Positions 1 through 7,230 of a DNA stretch of 17,740 bases are shown here, piece after piece. Source of the DNA: Armatimonadota bacterium. GTDB lineage: Bacteria; Armatimonadota; UBA10988. The stretch lies in NCBI GenBank assembly GCA_016235455.1, contig JACRKZ010000137.1, positions 1 to 17,740 of the forward strand. Reading direction: 5' to 3'. The first letter of the stretch is position 1; the number at the start of each line of letters is the position of its first letter. Position numbers and translations under genes: made by a program. The notes under the pieces were generated by a model, which did no database searches, was not told the DNA's origin, and saw nothing but the letters and a program-made list of their open reading frames with translations.

Positions 1-149
1 GGTAGCGCAACAGTGTGGTGGCGCGACCACGCTTGATCCGACGGTGCTGGTGTGGTACATGTCCGGTCGTTGCCTACAAGGGCGAGGCTGCCGGCTTTGC
101 TACCGCTCAGGGGCGGATACCGCGCGGCGTCGAGAGGGGAGTAGTTGCG

Positions 150-1211
150 ATGTCCGAGCCGCCGTCGCTGGTTCCTTACCATTCGCTGGGTCTTGCTGGC
201 GAGACGCCTATCGCGGTGCCCGTCAACGCCTACTTCCATGCGCCGTCGCCCGACGAGTCGCGCCCGTGGCCCCACGAGCCCGACACGTACCAGTACCACA
301 CCGACCAGGCCTTTCTTGTCGACCAGGTCACGCTGACCGGCCACCCGTCGGTGAGCTTTGGTGTGCGGGAAATCGTGCCGCCGCCGCTCATGCCGGTGAT
401 CGCGGTGGACGCCATGTATACGGCGCCCGGCACCTGGGTGGCCAAGGCCACGGTGTGCATCTACTGGGGCCGCACGCCCTTGGAGCCGCCGGACTCGCCC
501 ACCGAGAACATGACGGTGTTGTGGCCGATGACTGTCGCCATCCACATCAACGAGGACGGCGAGTGGTCGTGCGATTACTCCAACCCCAATCTGGAGAACT
601 GCGAGAGCTGCGGCACGTGCCTGTCGGAGCCGCACATCGGCGGCCTTAAGCCGTCGACGCTGACGCCTCGCCCGTTTGGCCCGTCGGCCGGTGACCCCGT
701 GGTGCCGGGCACCGGCGCCGAGGACTACCGCCCCGCGGCCGACCTGACGGTCTACTGTGAGCTGAGCGAGCCGTTTGAGTTTCGCCGGAGCTGGGTCAGC
801 AACCTGGCCATCGGCGAGTATGGGTCGCCCGGCCTGGCCAAGGGCTGGGTGCATGGTTGGGACCTGCTCATCCAGGAGGCCGAGAGCACGGCCACCTGGA
901 AGCCGCTCGACCTGGTCATGCCTGCGGGTCAGTTCTGGACGCTGACACCGGTGCTCGACAACCAGGGCGTGCCGACGGGCGCGTTCGATCTGCCGGCGGG
1001 CAGCCAGTTCCAGGCCACCGGCACACCCAGCGCCACGGCGGGCTTGTGGGACGAGATCACGCTGTTGTTCCGCGACCAGACGACCTGGCGCTTCGAGTGG
1101 CTGGCAGCTACGACGCGCAGGCCCGGCTGGCGAGCATCGCCGACAGCCATGGCCGGCAGGTGCGCTACACCCAGGAAGTGCTTGTCGGCGACGACTACAG
1201 CGGCAATCTGA
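150..1211 (+). CDS. N-terminal part of RHS repeat protein (unknown N-terminal region plus DUF6531-like domain); real coding frame runs to ~1097, then frameshifts
   Basis: ATG at 150 follows a purine-rich RBS GAGAGGGGA (132-140). Encodes GDPVVPGTG..DL..FEFRRSWVS..GLAKGWVHGWD (690-863), the pattern of the DUF6531 domain that precedes RHS repeats. After ...RDQTTWRFE (1097) the frame reads as nonsense and the RHS sequence continues in the -1 frame. Confidence 0.75.
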   Translation: MSEPPSLVPYHSLGLAGETPIAVPVNAYFHAPSPDESRPWPHEPDTYQYHTDQAFLVDQVTLTGHPSVSFGVREIVPPPLMPVIAVDAMYTAPGTWVAKATVCIYWGRTPLEPPDSPTENMTVLWPMTVAIHINEDGEWSCDYSNPNLENCESCGTCLSEPHIGGLKPSTLTPRPFGPSAGDPVVPGTGAEDYRPAADLTVYCELSEPFEFRRSWVSNLAIGEYGSPGLAKGWVHGWDLLIQEAESTATWKPLDLVMPAGQFWTLTPVLDNQGVPTGAFDLPAGSQFQATGTPSATAGLWDEITLLFRDQTTWRFEWLAATTRRPGWRASPTAMAGRCATPRKCLSATTTAAI

Positions 1212-4200
1212 CCGCACTGACGGGCGTGTCGCAGATCGTGCCGGTGGACGAGACGCAGCCTCTGCCGCGCTGGACCTATGGCTGGATGGAGGTGCCGGTC
1301 AGCGAATCCGCCGAGTACGACACGGACACGCACGGGTCCGGAAGCGGCTATGGGCCCTGGACGGAGACGCTGCTGCTGCTGACCAGCATCACGACGCCCA
1401 GCCCGAGCGGCGGGGGCGAGTCCACGGCGCGTCTGCGTTGGCTCGATGAGGTGTACAAGGTTGCTGAGACCGTCGATGCCAATGGCATCACCACCCTCTA
1501 TGCCTACGGCAACCAGCAACTGCTCACGGCAGTCATGGATGCCGACTCCAACCTGCTCCAGCAGGTTGCCCGCACGTTCGACAGCCGTGGCGTGCTAACC
1601 CATTCCGGTCTGCCCGGCTCGCCGTCGTTCATCTACGGCGACAGCGCTAACCCGAGCAAAGTCACCCGTATCGACTACCCGGACGGCCGGCACGAGGTGA
1701 TGACCTACGACTCCCACGGCAACCTGGTCAGCCAGACCGACGCGCGCGGCACCGTGATCGAGAACACCTGGGACTACACCAACTTCGCCTTTGGTCGCCT
1801 CACCCAGGTCACGCGCACGCCCGATGGCGGCCCGACACGTGTTGTCGCGGCATACACCTACGACGAGCCCAGCGGCCTGGTCCTTACCGCGACGACGCTG
1901 GAGCCCGGCACCACTGATGGCTCCACGGTGACCGTCAGCTACACCTACGACGATCTGGGCAACGTGCTCACCGTCGCCACGCCGGGCAACAACGCCGCCA
2001 CGACGCTGACCACGACCTACGAGTATGAGACCGACGGCACCTACACCACGACCGCCAAGGTCGGCCAGCCGATCAAGGTCAGTTGCCCCGGCACCTGTGC
2101 GCGGCACTACCGCTACGACGCGCGGGGCAATCGCACGCTGTACACCGACGCGCTGGGCAACACCTGGGAGACGGTCTACAACCTGGCTGACCAGACCATC
2201 GTCAGTTACGAGCCGGCCACGGGCCAGCAGGGCACGGGCCGCGCGCGGCGGGTGATGACCTACGCCTGGACCGGCGGGCCGCAGACTGAGTTGACGGTCT
2301 ACGACGAAGCCGGCAACGTCGTCCAGCACATCAACACCGACTATGGCGCCGAAGGCGAGACACTGGCCGTGAGCGGCGGCACCGAGCCGGTGGCCTACGC
2401 CTACGATGGATTGTACCGCGTGGTCACGCTGACCGATGGGAACGGCAACGTCACGCGCTACGCCTACGACAGCAACGACCGGCTGGCCTTGACGCGCTAC
2501 CCCGGCGCGACGGCCGACACCGGCGCGGACACCCTCCGCCAGACCAGCTACGACCTGGCCGGGCGGCTGCTCCAGCGCATCGACGGCAACAACCTGACCT
2601 GCAACTTCGCCTACAACGAGGCCGGCGGCGCGCTGACCAATGTGTCCTACCCGACGCAGTCGGCCTACAATGTCACTTACGGCCATGACACGTTGGGCCG
2701 AGTGACCAGCATGAGCGACGCGCAGGGCACCATCGCCACGACCTACGACGACCTGGGCAACCCGCTAACGGTGACCACCACCTATACCGGCCTAGACCCG
2801 CAGGTGGTGGAGTACACCTACTACCCCAACGGCCAACGCGCCAGCATGAACACGCCGGGCGGGCTGTTTGAGTATGAGTACAGCGTCAACGGGCAGATGA
2901 CCAGCCTCGACGGCCCGGCCGGGACCGCGAGCTGGACCTGGCTGGACAACCAGCAACTCGGCGCGCGGACGCTGCCGTGTGGCGCGTGGTCGGAGTTCAC
3001 CTACCTGCCCAATGGCCGGCTGTCGACGCTGACCAACAAGGACGATCAGGGCGCGGTGATGAGCCGCTACCTGGACCTCCAGTATCGCGGCACGGGCGAC
3101 CTTCAGCATTGGGAGGCGCAGGTGACGGGCTCGACCAGCCACTCGGGCGACACGGACTACGCCTACGACCTGCGGCGCGAGCTGACCGGCGAGACCTCCG
3201 AGCGCAACGGCGGCTACGCGGACGCGTATGCCTACGACAACGCGGGCAACCCGACCAGTTGGCGCGGCGCGACGCGGACGTTCAACAGCGACAACCAGGA
3301 GACCACCGGCGCCAACTGGACCTACGACGGCAACGGCAACCCGACCAGCTATGGCGGCACCACCTGCACCTATGATGTGGCCAATCACCTAACGGGCTTT
3401 GGCAGCGGGTTCACGGCGGGCTATCGTGGCGATGGGTTGCGGGCCTGGCAGCAGTCGGGTACGACGCGGAAGTACTACGTGTACGACGGCTGGCGGCCGG
3501 TGTGTGAGCTGGACGACGAAGGCGCAGTGCTGCGAAGCTGGACGTTCGGAGCGGATGGGCTGGTGGCGGTCGGCTCTGAGCAGGCGTTGTGCGACTGGCA
3601 GGGGAACGCGGCGCACTGGTGGGACGGCTCTACCTGGACGTTGGGCGCGGTGCTCGGCGGGTACGGCGCCGCCGGCGCTGGGTACAAGTGGCGGCACGGG
3701 TACTTGGACTGCGGCGAGGACCTGATCCTGTGTACGTATCGGCATCTCGACCCGGCGCTGGGGCGATGGCTGACGCGCGACCCGATTGGGCACCGGGGTG
3801 GGATTGGGTTGTATGGGTATGTGAGTGACGGGCCGATCACCAACGGGGATTCAAAGGGCCTGGACGCGTGCGGAGCTGATGCCGAGTACCCGGGCCATCT
3901 CAAAATGACGGAATGGACTTGCGCCGACTGGTGCGCTGACAAGATCGCCAACGAGCGTTACCCATCAAGCATAGGCAAGGGCTGCGTTGGCGCGCTCGCC
4001 GGCTCAGGCTTCTCGATGGCGAAGTCGGCCTTGGGGAAGATCCTTGCGGCGGCGACGGCCGCCGAGGCGTTGGCGTTGGCCGCGGCATATGGTTTCGCCC
4101 TGGCGTACATCAGTAACGTGCTGATTGAGGGCTGGCAGTGCCGAGTCGACTGCGGCAATGCTGTGCGCCGAGGCAAGCCGCCCTGGGACTGCCCCTATCA

Positions 4201-4258
4201 CTTCGAGTACGTGCAGGAACCTACGTGGCCGGAGTACCCTCCCGGCTGCGGCCTCTGA
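1097..4258 (+). CDS. RHS/YD-repeat polymorphic toxin: repeat shell, RHS-associated core and variable C-terminal tip (main part of the frameshifted gene 150-4258)
   Basis: Many YD repeats (YDSHGNL, YDDLGNV, YDARGNR, YDGLYRV, YDLAGRL, YDNAGNP). Core motif RHLDPALGRWLTRDPIG...LYGYV...DSKGL is followed by a 131-aa divergent tip (3863-4258). The ORF-track start at 857 gives non-RHS sequence until 1097. Confidence 0.93.
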   Translation: MAGSYDAQARLASIADSHGRQVRYTQEVLVGDDYSGNLTALTGVSQIVPVDETQPLPRWTYGWMEVPVSESAEYDTDTHGSGSGYGPWTETLLLLTSITTPSPSGGGESTARLRWLDEVYKVAETVDANGITTLYAYGNQQLLTAVMDADSNLLQQVARTFDSRGVLTHSGLPGSPSFIYGDSANPSKVTRIDYPDGRHEVMTYDSHGNLVSQTDARGTVIENTWDYTNFAFGRLTQVTRTPDGGPTRVVAAYTYDEPSGLVLTATTLEPGTTDGSTVTVSYTYDDLGNVLTVATPGNNAATTLTTTYEYETDGTYTTTAKVGQPIKVSCPGTCARHYRYDARGNRTLYTDALGNTWETVYNLADQTIVSYEPATGQQGTGRARRVMTYAWTGGPQTELTVYDEAGNVVQHINTDYGAEGETLAVSGGTEPVAYAYDGLYRVVTLTDGNGNVTRYAYDSNDRLALTRYPGATADTGADTLRQTSYDLAGRLLQRIDGNNLTCNFAYNEAGGALTNVSYPTQSAYNVTYGHDTLGRVTSMSDAQGTIATTYDDLGNPLTVTTTYTGLDPQVVEYTYYPNGQRASMNTPGGLFEYEYSVNGQMTSLDGPAGTASWTWLDNQQLGARTLPCGAWSEFTYLPNGRLSTLTNKDDQGAVMSRYLDLQYRGTGDLQHWEAQVTGSTSHSGDTDYAYDLRRELTGETSERNGGYADAYAYDNAGNPTSWRGATRTFNSDNQETTGANWTYDGNGNPTSYGGTTCTYDVANHLTGFGSGFTAGYRGDGLRAWQQSGTTRKYYVYDGWRPVCELDDEGAVLRSWTFGADGLVAVGSEQALCDWQGNAAHWWDGSTWTLGAVLGGYGAAGAGYKWRHGYLDCGEDLILCTYRHLDPALGRWLTRDPIGHRGGIGLYGYVSDGPITNGDSKGLDACGADAEYPGHLKMTEWTCADWCADKIANERYPSSIGKGCVGALAGSGFSMAKSALGKILAAATAAEALALAAAYGFALAYISNVLIEGWQCRVDCGNAVRRGKPPWDCPYHFEYVQEPTWPEYPPGCGL
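2572..3823 (+). repeat. Copy 1 of a ~1.25-kb direct repeat (RHS 3' core)
   Basis: Starts CCAGCGCATCGACGGCAACAACCTGACC and aligns to 4682-5933 at a constant offset of 2110 nt at both ends. Identity is high (roughly 90% by eye, not computed) and many differences are synonymous. Confidence 0.97.
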
Positions 4259-4294
4259 CGCAGTTCGCAGATGATGGGTCGCAGGAGGCATCAG

Positions 4295-4666
4295 ATGGAA
4301 GTCGTGGTCGGGCTGCTGATAGGCGAGTTGGCAGGCGAGCTGCTTCTGTGCGGTGGGCAGCTTGTCGACTTCGGGGTATTGGGGGTTGTCGGGGGCCTGT
4401 GCGCGCCGTTTGCGCCACGCCGGATGGGGTGGCTCGCATCGCCGCCCGGCACCGCAGCGCGCTCCGCCGCCCTGGGCGGAATCATCTACACGTCGGTTGT
4501 GGGCCGTGCGCGTATGGTCGCCGAGCGATGGGACGGCATCAGCCTCAACCCAGGGTTGGCGCTCTGCACGGTGCTGTGCGTGGTCACGTACTACGCCGTG
4601 GGCCGCTGGCGCCAGCGGTGGGCCGAGGAGCAGGGAGGAAGGACCAATGGGGACGCAACCCCGTAG
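4295..4666 (+). CDS. Small membrane protein, candidate immunity protein for RHS tip 1 (123 aa)
   Basis: AGGAGG (4283-4288) lies 6 nt before ATG 4295. The protein has several hydrophobic Gly/Leu/Val segments and sits directly downstream of the toxin stop, the canonical immunity position. Function is inferred from position only. Confidence 0.7.
   Translation: MEVVVGLLIGELAGELLLCGGQLVDFGVLGVVGGLCAPFAPRRMGWLASPPGTAARSAALGGIIYTSVVGRARMVAERWDGISLNPGLALCTVLCVVTYYAVGRWRQRWAEEQGGRTNGDATP
4647..4664 (+). repeat. Junction motif copy 1: ATGGGGACGCAACCCCGT (GGGG/CCCC hairpin)
   Basis: Lies just upstream of the start of RHS homology at 4682. Shares ATGGGGACGCA with 7220-7230 and GGGGACGC..CCCCGT with 7057-7071. 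Confidence 0.55.
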
Positions 4667-6356
4667 GCCCGTCCACGGCCGCCAGCGCATCGACGGCAAC
4701 AACCTGACCTGCAACTTCGCCTACAACGAGGCCGGCGGCGCGCTGACCAATGTGTCCTACCCGACGCAGTCGTCCTACAATGTGACATACGGCCACGATG
4801 CGTTGGGCCGAGTGACCAGCATGAGCGACGCGCAGGGCACCATCGCCACGACCTACGACGACCTGGGCAACCCGCTGACGGTGACCACCACCTATACCGG
4901 CCTAGACCCGCAGGTGGTGGAGTACACCTACTACCCCAACGGCCAGCGCGCGAGCATGAACACGCCGGGCGGGCTGTTTGAGTATGAGTACAGCGTCAAT
5001 GGCGCCATGACCCAGCTCGATGGCCCCGCCGGGACAGCGAGCTGGACTTGGCTGGACAACCAGCAGCTCGGCGCGCGGACGCTGCCGTGTGGGGCGTGGT
5101 CGGAGTTCACGTATCTGCCCAATGGGCGGCTGTCGACGCTGACCAACAAGGACGACCAGGGCAACGTCATGAGCCGCTACCTGGACCTCCAGTATCGCGG
5201 CACGGGCGACCTGGCGCATTGGGAGGCGCGGGTGACGGGCAGCACGTCGCACAGCGGCGAGACCGACTACACCTACGACCTGCGGCGCGAGCTGACCGGC
5301 GAGACCTCCGAACGCAACGGCGGCTACAGCGATGCGTATGCCTACGACAACGCGGGCAACCCGACCAGTTGGCGCGGAGCGACGCGGACGTTCAACAGCA
5401 ACAACCAGGAGACGACGGGCGCGAACTGGACCTACGACGGCAACGGCAACCCGACCAGCTATGGCGGCACCACCTGCACCTACGACGTGGCCAACCATCT
5501 GACGGCGCACGGCAGCGAGTTCACGGCGGGCTATCGCGGCGACGGGCTGCGGGCCTGGCAGCAGTCGGGCGGCACGCGGAAGTACTACGTGTACGACGGC
5601 TGGCGGCCGGTGTGTGAGCTGGATAGCTCGGGCACGGTGCTGCGGTCTTGGACGTTCGGCGCCGATGGGCTGGTGGCGTGTGGGTCGGAGCAGGCGCTGT
5701 GTGACTGGCAGGGGAACGCGGCGCACTGGTGGAACGGCTCGACGTGGACGCTGGGCGCGGTGCTTGGTGGCTATGGCGCTGCGGGCTCGGGGTACAAGTG
5801 GCTGCACGGGTACCTGGACTGCGGCGAGGACCTGATCCTGTGCGCGTACCGGCATCTGGACCCGGCGCTTGGGCGGTGGTTGACGAGGGATCCGATTGGG
5901 TACCGGGGTGGCGTCGGGCTGTATGGTTATGTGGGCAATAGTCCGTCATCCCGCATCGACCCCAGCGGGCGGTGCGGCGGCGGGGTGCGACAAGTCCCAG
6001 GTCTGCATGGCTTCCTGGGCTACGGGAACTACTGTGGCCCGTATGTCGGCGACAGAACCTTCCAGGCGCCGGCGCTGGATCCGGTGGACTCGTGCTGCAA
6101 GGCTCACGATTGGTGCTTCCAGCATGTTCCCGGTGGTTGCGGAGGCGCGTGTCAGCTCTACAAGTCGGAATGCGCGAAGTGCACCGAAACCCTAGCGCGA
6201 TGTCTGCTCACAGCCGACTGCGGGCTCAGCGAAAACGCCGGGTCGTGCGAGTTCTACCGGCAAGTCGCCATCTACATCTACGGCGTGCCAGCTGGCGTAG
6301 TACTTGGTGGGGTGATAGACACGCCGCCACTGAACCCGCCTGGTGCGATGGTCTGA
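4647..6356 (+). CDS. Orphan RHS cassette: truncated RHS core fused to a secretory phospholipase A2-type toxin tip (569 aa from ATG 4647)
   Basis: From 4682 it duplicates 2572-3823 in frame. Core motif GRWLTRDPIG...DPSGR. The tip has YGNYCG (Ca-binding loop, 6021-6038) and DPVDSCCKAHDWC (catalytic His-Asp, 6078-6116). In-frame ATG 4647 has GGAGG at 4634-4638. The ORF-track start at 4353 lies inside the immunity gene in another frame. Confidence 0.9.
   Translation: MGTQPRRPVHGRQRIDGNNLTCNFAYNEAGGALTNVSYPTQSSYNVTYGHDALGRVTSMSDAQGTIATTYDDLGNPLTVTTTYTGLDPQVVEYTYYPNGQRASMNTPGGLFEYEYSVNGAMTQLDGPAGTASWTWLDNQQLGARTLPCGAWSEFTYLPNGRLSTLTNKDDQGNVMSRYLDLQYRGTGDLAHWEARVTGSTSHSGETDYTYDLRRELTGETSERNGGYSDAYAYDNAGNPTSWRGATRTFNSNNQETTGANWTYDGNGNPTSYGGTTCTYDVANHLTAHGSEFTAGYRGDGLRAWQQSGGTRKYYVYDGWRPVCELDSSGTVLRSWTFGADGLVACGSEQALCDWQGNAAHWWNGSTWTLGAVLGGYGAAGSGYKWLHGYLDCGEDLILCAYRHLDPALGRWLTRDPIGYRGGVGLYGYVGNSPSSRIDPSGRCGGGVRQVPGLHGFLGYGNYCGPYVGDRTFQAPALDPVDSCCKAHDWCFQHVPGGCGGACQLYKSECAKCTETLARCLLTADCGLSENAGSCEFYRQVAIYIYGVPAGVVLGGVIDTPPLNPPGAMV
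4682..5933 (+). repeat. Copy 2 of the ~1.25-kb direct repeat (RHS 3' core)
   Basis: See copy 1. Homology ends at the LYGYV codons, just before the cleavage motif and variable tip. Confidence 0.97.
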
Positions 6357-6476
6357 GATGGCGTACCAGCGCTCTGGGTGAGCGCAACACCGCCGCTCAG
6401 GAGCGTGGACCACCGCCAGCCAGACGCATGCGCCCTGTCAGCGGTGTTGGGCGACGGACAAGACAGGAGGCTAGCG

Positions 6477-6971
6477 ATGAGCTGTCGAGGGCGACTCGTG
6501 GCGTCAGCGGTACCGCTGTTCTCAGGCGCTGGCGCGCTCCTGAGTCTGGCTGTAGCCAGCACCTGGGGTCCAGCGAACCAAGCTGCCTGCCGCACGACCC
6601 TGGCTATCATTCTGGTGTTCCACATCGCGGAGTCTCTGGTCTACGCGGAGTGGTACTTCCGGGCCTGCGGGCCTGCCCCGTCACGTGTTACTGACGAGTG
6701 GTCCAGGCCAGTTCTCACGGCAGCCGGCGTGTGTGCGACCGGCGCGGCCTTCGGAACTCTGCTGGCGATGGTGCTGTTTAAAGCACAAGGCATGGAAGGT
6801 ACGGTCGATCTGTTTGTCGCGTTGGGTATGGCGATGCCCGGTGGCATCGAAGGCTTGGTGCTCGGCCTGCTGTACCACGCATGGCAGCGCGCGCGTCTGT
6901 ACGCCGAGCCCACGGTCGGACCGAAGACAGAGGACACACAACTGGTTTGTGATGACGACAAGCGGACATGA
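6477..6971 (+). CDS. Membrane protein with about 4 hydrophobic helices, candidate immunity protein for the PLA2 tip (164 aa)
   Basis: AGGAGG (6465-6470) lies 6 nt before ATG 6477. Hydrophobic segments include PLFSGAGALLSLAVA, TLAIILVFHIAESLVY, GAAFGTLLAMVLF and LFVALGMAMPGGIEGLVLGLLY. It is the next gene after the toxin tip. Confidence 0.72.
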   Translation: MSCRGRLVASAVPLFSGAGALLSLAVASTWGPANQAACRTTLAIILVFHIAESLVYAEWYFRACGPAPSRVTDEWSRPVLTAAGVCATGAAFGTLLAMVLFKAQGMEGTVDLFVALGMAMPGGIEGLVLGLLYHAWQRARLYAEPTVGPKTEDTQLVCDDDKRT

Positions 6972-7056
6972 CAGCCACCGCCGAGGTTGATCAGCCGTTC
7001 AAGGTCAGTTGCCCCGCGCGCTGTACACCGACGCCCTGAGCAACACCTGGGGTGAG

Positions 7057-7071
7057 GGGGACGCTCCCCGT
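7057..7071 (+). repeat. Junction motif copy 2: GGGGACGCTCCCCGT (GGGGA/TCCCC hairpin)
   Basis: Lies between RHS fragments 7019-7051 and 7083-7198. Confidence 0.55.
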
Positions 7072-7219
7072 TTCTTGTGGCCTACACCCACGACACGTTG
7101 GGCCGAGTGACCAGCATGAGCGACGCGCAGGGCACCATCGCCACGACCTACGACGACCTGGGCTACCCGAGGACGGTTATCAGCCCCTACACGGGCCTGC
7201 TAGAAGGCAATAGGAGGCG

Positions 7220-7230
7220 ATGGGGACGCA
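7220..7230 (+). repeat. Junction motif copy 3: ATGGGGACGCA
   Basis: Lies between RHS fragments 7083-7198 and 7238-7324 and is preceded by AGGAGG (7212-7217). Confidence 0.55.

Noticed and set aside
857-1096. ORF-track start of the 1133-aa RHS ORF
   Set aside because: The first 80 codons read as off-frame sequence; the overlapping frame carries the coherent protein up to ~1097.
4353-4646. N-terminal extension of the 667-aa ORF
   Set aside because: It overlaps immunity candidate 1, which has a strong RBS, and shows no RHS character.
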